A stretch of DNA of 64,000 nt from NCBI GenBank assembly GCA_963703225.1, contig OY969801.1, positions 1,632,001 through 1,696,000 on the forward strand. Direction: 5' to 3'. The notes under the pieces are model-generated. The model saw only the letters and a program-made list of their open reading frames with translations, was not told the DNA's origin and searched no databases. Source of the stretch: Candidatus Eiseniibacteriota bacterium (GTDB lineage Bacteria > Eisenbacteria > RBG-16-71-46 > SZUA-252). Shown here one piece after another: positions 61,457 to 64,000 of the stretch. The stretch's first letter is position 1; the number at the start of each line of letters is the position of its first letter. The position numbers were made by a program, and so were the translations under genes.

Positions 61457-61479
61457 AACAGCCTCTGTTAGCGGGATTT

Positions 61480-61566
61480 CTTTTGCGCGCGATAGCGCGT
61501 CTTTTTGCGCGCGATAGCGCGTCTTTTTGCGCGCGCTAGCGCGTCTTTTTGCGCGCGATAGCGCGC
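61480..61566. repeat. 22-bp tandem repeat, 4 copies
   Basis: Unit tttttgcgcgcgatagcgcgtc; copy 3 has a>c, which forms the transketolase TAG. Confidence 0.95.
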
Positions 61567-62540
61567 TCGGCGGCCTTCACGATGTCCGGCGCCTTGATCC
61601 CGAACGCCGCCATCAGCTCGTCCTGCTTCCCCGATCTCCCGAACCGGTCGTGCACCGCGACCAGCTCCATGGGCACCGGGTGGAGCCGCACCACCGCCTC
61701 CGCGACGGCGCCCCCCAGCCCGCCATGAACTTGGTGCTCCTCGGCGGTGACGATCGCGCCGCACTCCCTCGCCGCGCGCTCGATCACGTCGAAGTCGAGC
61801 GGCTTCAGGGTGTGCATGTTGATGACCCGGGCCGAGACCCCGCCCCCGGCGAGCTCCTCCGCGGCGACCAGCGCCTCGTAGACCATCACCCCGCACGCGA
61901 TGAGGGCCACGTCCTTCCCTTCGCGCAGAGTGTTCGCCTTGCCGATCGCGAAGGGGGTGTCCGGCCCGGTGACGACCGGAACCGGCTCTCTTCCGAAGCG
62001 GATGTAATTGGGGTGCGCATCGTCGGCCGCCGCGACCGTCGCCTTTCGAGTCTCCCAGTAGTCGCAGGGCACGATCATCTTCATGTTGGGGATGGATCGA
62101 ACGATCGCGATCTCCTCCATCGCCTGGTGGGTGGCCCCGTCGGGGCCGACGCTGATGCCGCCGTGCGCCCCGCCGATCTTGACCGGCAGATCGGTGTAGG
62201 CCACCGTCACCCTCATCTGATCCGCGCTCCGGCATGAAGCGAACGCGCCGTAGGTCGCGAGGTACGGGATCTTCCCGACGGCCGCCAACCCGGCCGCGAC
62301 GCACATCATGTTCTGCTCTGCGACGCCCACCTGGATAAAGCGATCGGGAAACTTCTGGGCGAAAAAGGAGACGTTCGTCGACCCCGTAAGGTCCCCAACA
62401 AGCACGAAGACCTCGGGCCGCTTCTCGCCCAGTTCGACCAGCCCGTGGCCGAATCCCTCGCGGGTTCGCTTCATCTCGGGCTTGGCCAGGTTCAGGGGCG
62501 GGGCCGCCGCCGGCGGAAGCACGGGCGTGGGCTGGCTCAC
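61536..62540 (-). CDS. transketolase C-terminal subunit
   Basis: GVAEQN, GPDGATHQ, YIRFGR, EEHQVHGGLG. Confidence 0.93.
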   Translation of the reverse strand: MSQPTPVLPPAAAPPLNLAKPEMKRTREGFGHGLVELGEKRPEVFVLVGDLTGSTNVSFFAQKFPDRFIQVGVAEQNMMCVAAGLAAVGKIPYLATYGAFASCRSADQMRVTVAYTDLPVKIGGAHGGISVGPDGATHQAMEEIAIVRSIPNMKMIVPCDYWETRKATVAAADDAHPNYIRFGREPVPVVTGPDTPFAIGKANTLREGKDVALIACGVMVYEALVAAEELAGGGVSARVINMHTLKPLDFDVIERAARECGAIVTAEEHQVHGGLGGAVAEAVVRLHPVPMELVAVHDRFGRSGKQDELMAAFGIKAPDIVKAAERAIARKKTR

Positions 62541-63439
62541 GCGGCTCCGTTCGCGGAGGGGGCCACCGACCGACCGGTGTGCGACTCCAGCCGCTTCGTC
62601 CACGCTTCCAGCGAGGTACCCAGCTCGCGGAGCGCCTGTTCGGCCTGCTCCAGGCTTGGCGGCACGCCGTGCCACCGGTAGTCGTCCTCCATGTACGAGA
62701 CGCCCTTGCCCATGACGGTCCGCGCGAGGATCACCGAGGGCTTCCCCTTCGTTCGGCGCGCCTCGTCGTAGGCGTGCAGCAGCGCGTGAAGATCGTGCCC
62801 GTCGACGTCGATGACGTGCCAGTTGAAGGCGCGCCACTTGTCGGCGAGGGGGGCGATGCCCATGACGTCCTGGACGTCGCCGTCAATCTGCTTTCGGTTG
62901 TAGTCGATGATCCCGCACAGGTTGTCGAGCTTGTAGTGGGCGCCAAACATCGCCGCTTCCCAGATCTGCCCTTCCTGCTGCTCGCCGTCGCCCATCACGC
63001 AATAGACCCGCCGGGGATTGCCGTCGTGGCGGGATCCGAGGGCCATGCCGCACGAGACCGAGAGGCCCTGCCCCAAGGACCCCGACGAGACCTCGATCCC
63101 GGGCGTGTCGTGCTTGCTCGGATGCCCCTGCAGGTGTCCTTTCATCTGGCGAAACCCGAGGAGATCGGCGAGTGGAAAGTAGCCGCGCTCGGCCATCAGG
63201 GAGTAGATCACCGGCGTGACGTGCCCGATCGAGAAGTGCCAGAGGTCCCGCTGGGGGTCGTCGAGCCTCTCCGGATCAACGCTCATCTCGTGGAAGAAAA
63301 GCGCCGTGCCGAAATCGGTCGACGAGAGCGGTCCGCCGCTGTGCCCGCTCTGGGACCGGGCGAGGAGCGCGATGATGTCCCGCCGGATAAAAAGCGCCCG
63401 CTCGCGCAGCTCTTCGAGGCTGAATTGAAGGCGTGGCAC
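62537..63439 (-). CDS. transketolase N-terminal (TPP-binding) subunit
   Basis: SGHSGG, LQGHP, GSLGQG, GDGE..EGQIWEA, GKGV. Confidence 0.95.
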   Translation of the reverse strand: MPRLQFSLEELRERALFIRRDIIALLARSQSGHSGGPLSSTDFGTALFFHEMSVDPERLDDPQRDLWHFSIGHVTPVIYSLMAERGYFPLADLLGFRQMKGHLQGHPSKHDTPGIEVSSGSLGQGLSVSCGMALGSRHDGNPRRVYCVMGDGEQQEGQIWEAAMFGAHYKLDNLCGIIDYNRKQIDGDVQDVMGIAPLADKWRAFNWHVIDVDGHDLHALLHAYDEARRTKGKPSVILARTVMGKGVSYMEDDYRWHGVPPSLEQAEQALRELGTSLEAWTKRLESHTGRSVAPSANGAA

Positions 63440-63524
63440 CCGTAACCCTCCGAGGATCCCCGCGTCGATGGCCAGCCGATTGACGCTACCGAATCGTCCG
63501 CGAGCCGCGCAAGGGAAATCCCGG

Positions 63525-64000
63525 TCAGGCGTTCACGTAGCGGCGATGTTCCGGATCGGGGATCGCGCCGGACCGCAGCGCCGCGGCAACCTCTGCGATG
63601 CCGTCCCCCACCCGCTTCGTGGCGCGAAACCCCCACAGCTTCTCGATCCGGTCGAACGAGACGCGATAGGTGCGGGGATCCGTCGCCTCCGGCACGATCG
63701 TCACGACGACGCCCGGGATTCGCGCCTCCAGCTCTTCCTTGAGGTCGCGCAGCTGGTAGTTCTCGAGATTGTCCCCGACGTTGAGAATCGGCATCCCCGG
63801 GGGCAGCGGCTCCGATGTCGCCAAGATGAGCGCTCCCACGATGTCCCGAACATGGACGAAGGGCCGCCACTGCCCCCCTCCGAAGATCGAGACCTGACCC
63901 GTGCGGACCGCGCGAAGCGTCAAGAGATTTACGACGAGATCGAAGCGCATTCGCGGCGAAAGACCGTAGACCGTGCCGAACCGGAGCAAGATCGGATGAA
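63525..64000 (-). CDS. NAD-dependent epimerase/dehydratase, C-terminal part (runs off the right edge)
   Basis: LRFGTVYGLSPRMRFDLVVN and GGQWRPFVHVRD. Confidence 0.88.
   Translation of the reverse strand, partial: HPILLRFGTVYGLSPRMRFDLVVNLLTLRAVRTGQVSIFGGGQWRPFVHVRDIVGALILATSEPLPPGMPILNVGDNLENYQLRDLKEELEARIPGVVVTIVPEATDPRTYRVSFDRIEKLWGFRATKRVGDGIAEVAAALRSGAIPDPEHRRYVNA

Noticed and set aside
61219..61470. SRP RNA, tRNA or short ORFs in the bshB1-transketolase gap
   Set aside because: No SRP GGAA-loop motif or cloverleaf seen; the ORFs lack an RBS and protein-like composition.
61480..61566. Possible CRISPR array
   Set aside because: Units are directly adjacent with no spacers, and no cas genes are in the window.
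61536..63439. Split transketolase as a frameshift
   Set aside because: Two-subunit transketolases are a known family, and the genes join by a clean GTGA overlap.

Overview
High-GC diderm bacterial chromosome segment. The rplM-rpsI-rpsB-tsf-pyrH-frr order, a Bat/MoxR operon and a BshB1-like gene suggest an FCB-superphylum lineage (inference only). Everything from about 59077 down to 3792 is on the minus strand in one tightly packed run. In transcription order it holds SDR, DUF355 kinase, recJ, relA/spoT, dtd, maf, the translation/isoprenoid cluster (rplM to dxr), an ADP-heptose/glycosyltransferase block between dxr and rseP, TamA/TamB-like genes, pcrA, gatCAB, purDE, sua5-ywlE-ilvE-glyA and the MoxR/Bat operon. 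It ends in an unusual cassette: SDR, deoxyhypusine-synthase-like, pentaheme cytochrome c, DegT, AsmA, ABC-2. The left end has a PTS-IIA/mini zinc-ribbon pair divergent from a TPR gene with a sigma54-type promoter and an IHF site, plus secreted hypotheticals and an HExxH protein. The right end has glpX, bshB1, a long nested palindrome, a 22-bp tandem hairpin repeat and a split transketolase. About ten single-base frameshifts (a GT9 gene, the hldE kinase half, relA, recJ) look like consensus errors. No rRNA, tRNA, CRISPR array or transposase was seen. All family calls are by motif recognition; no database search was run.
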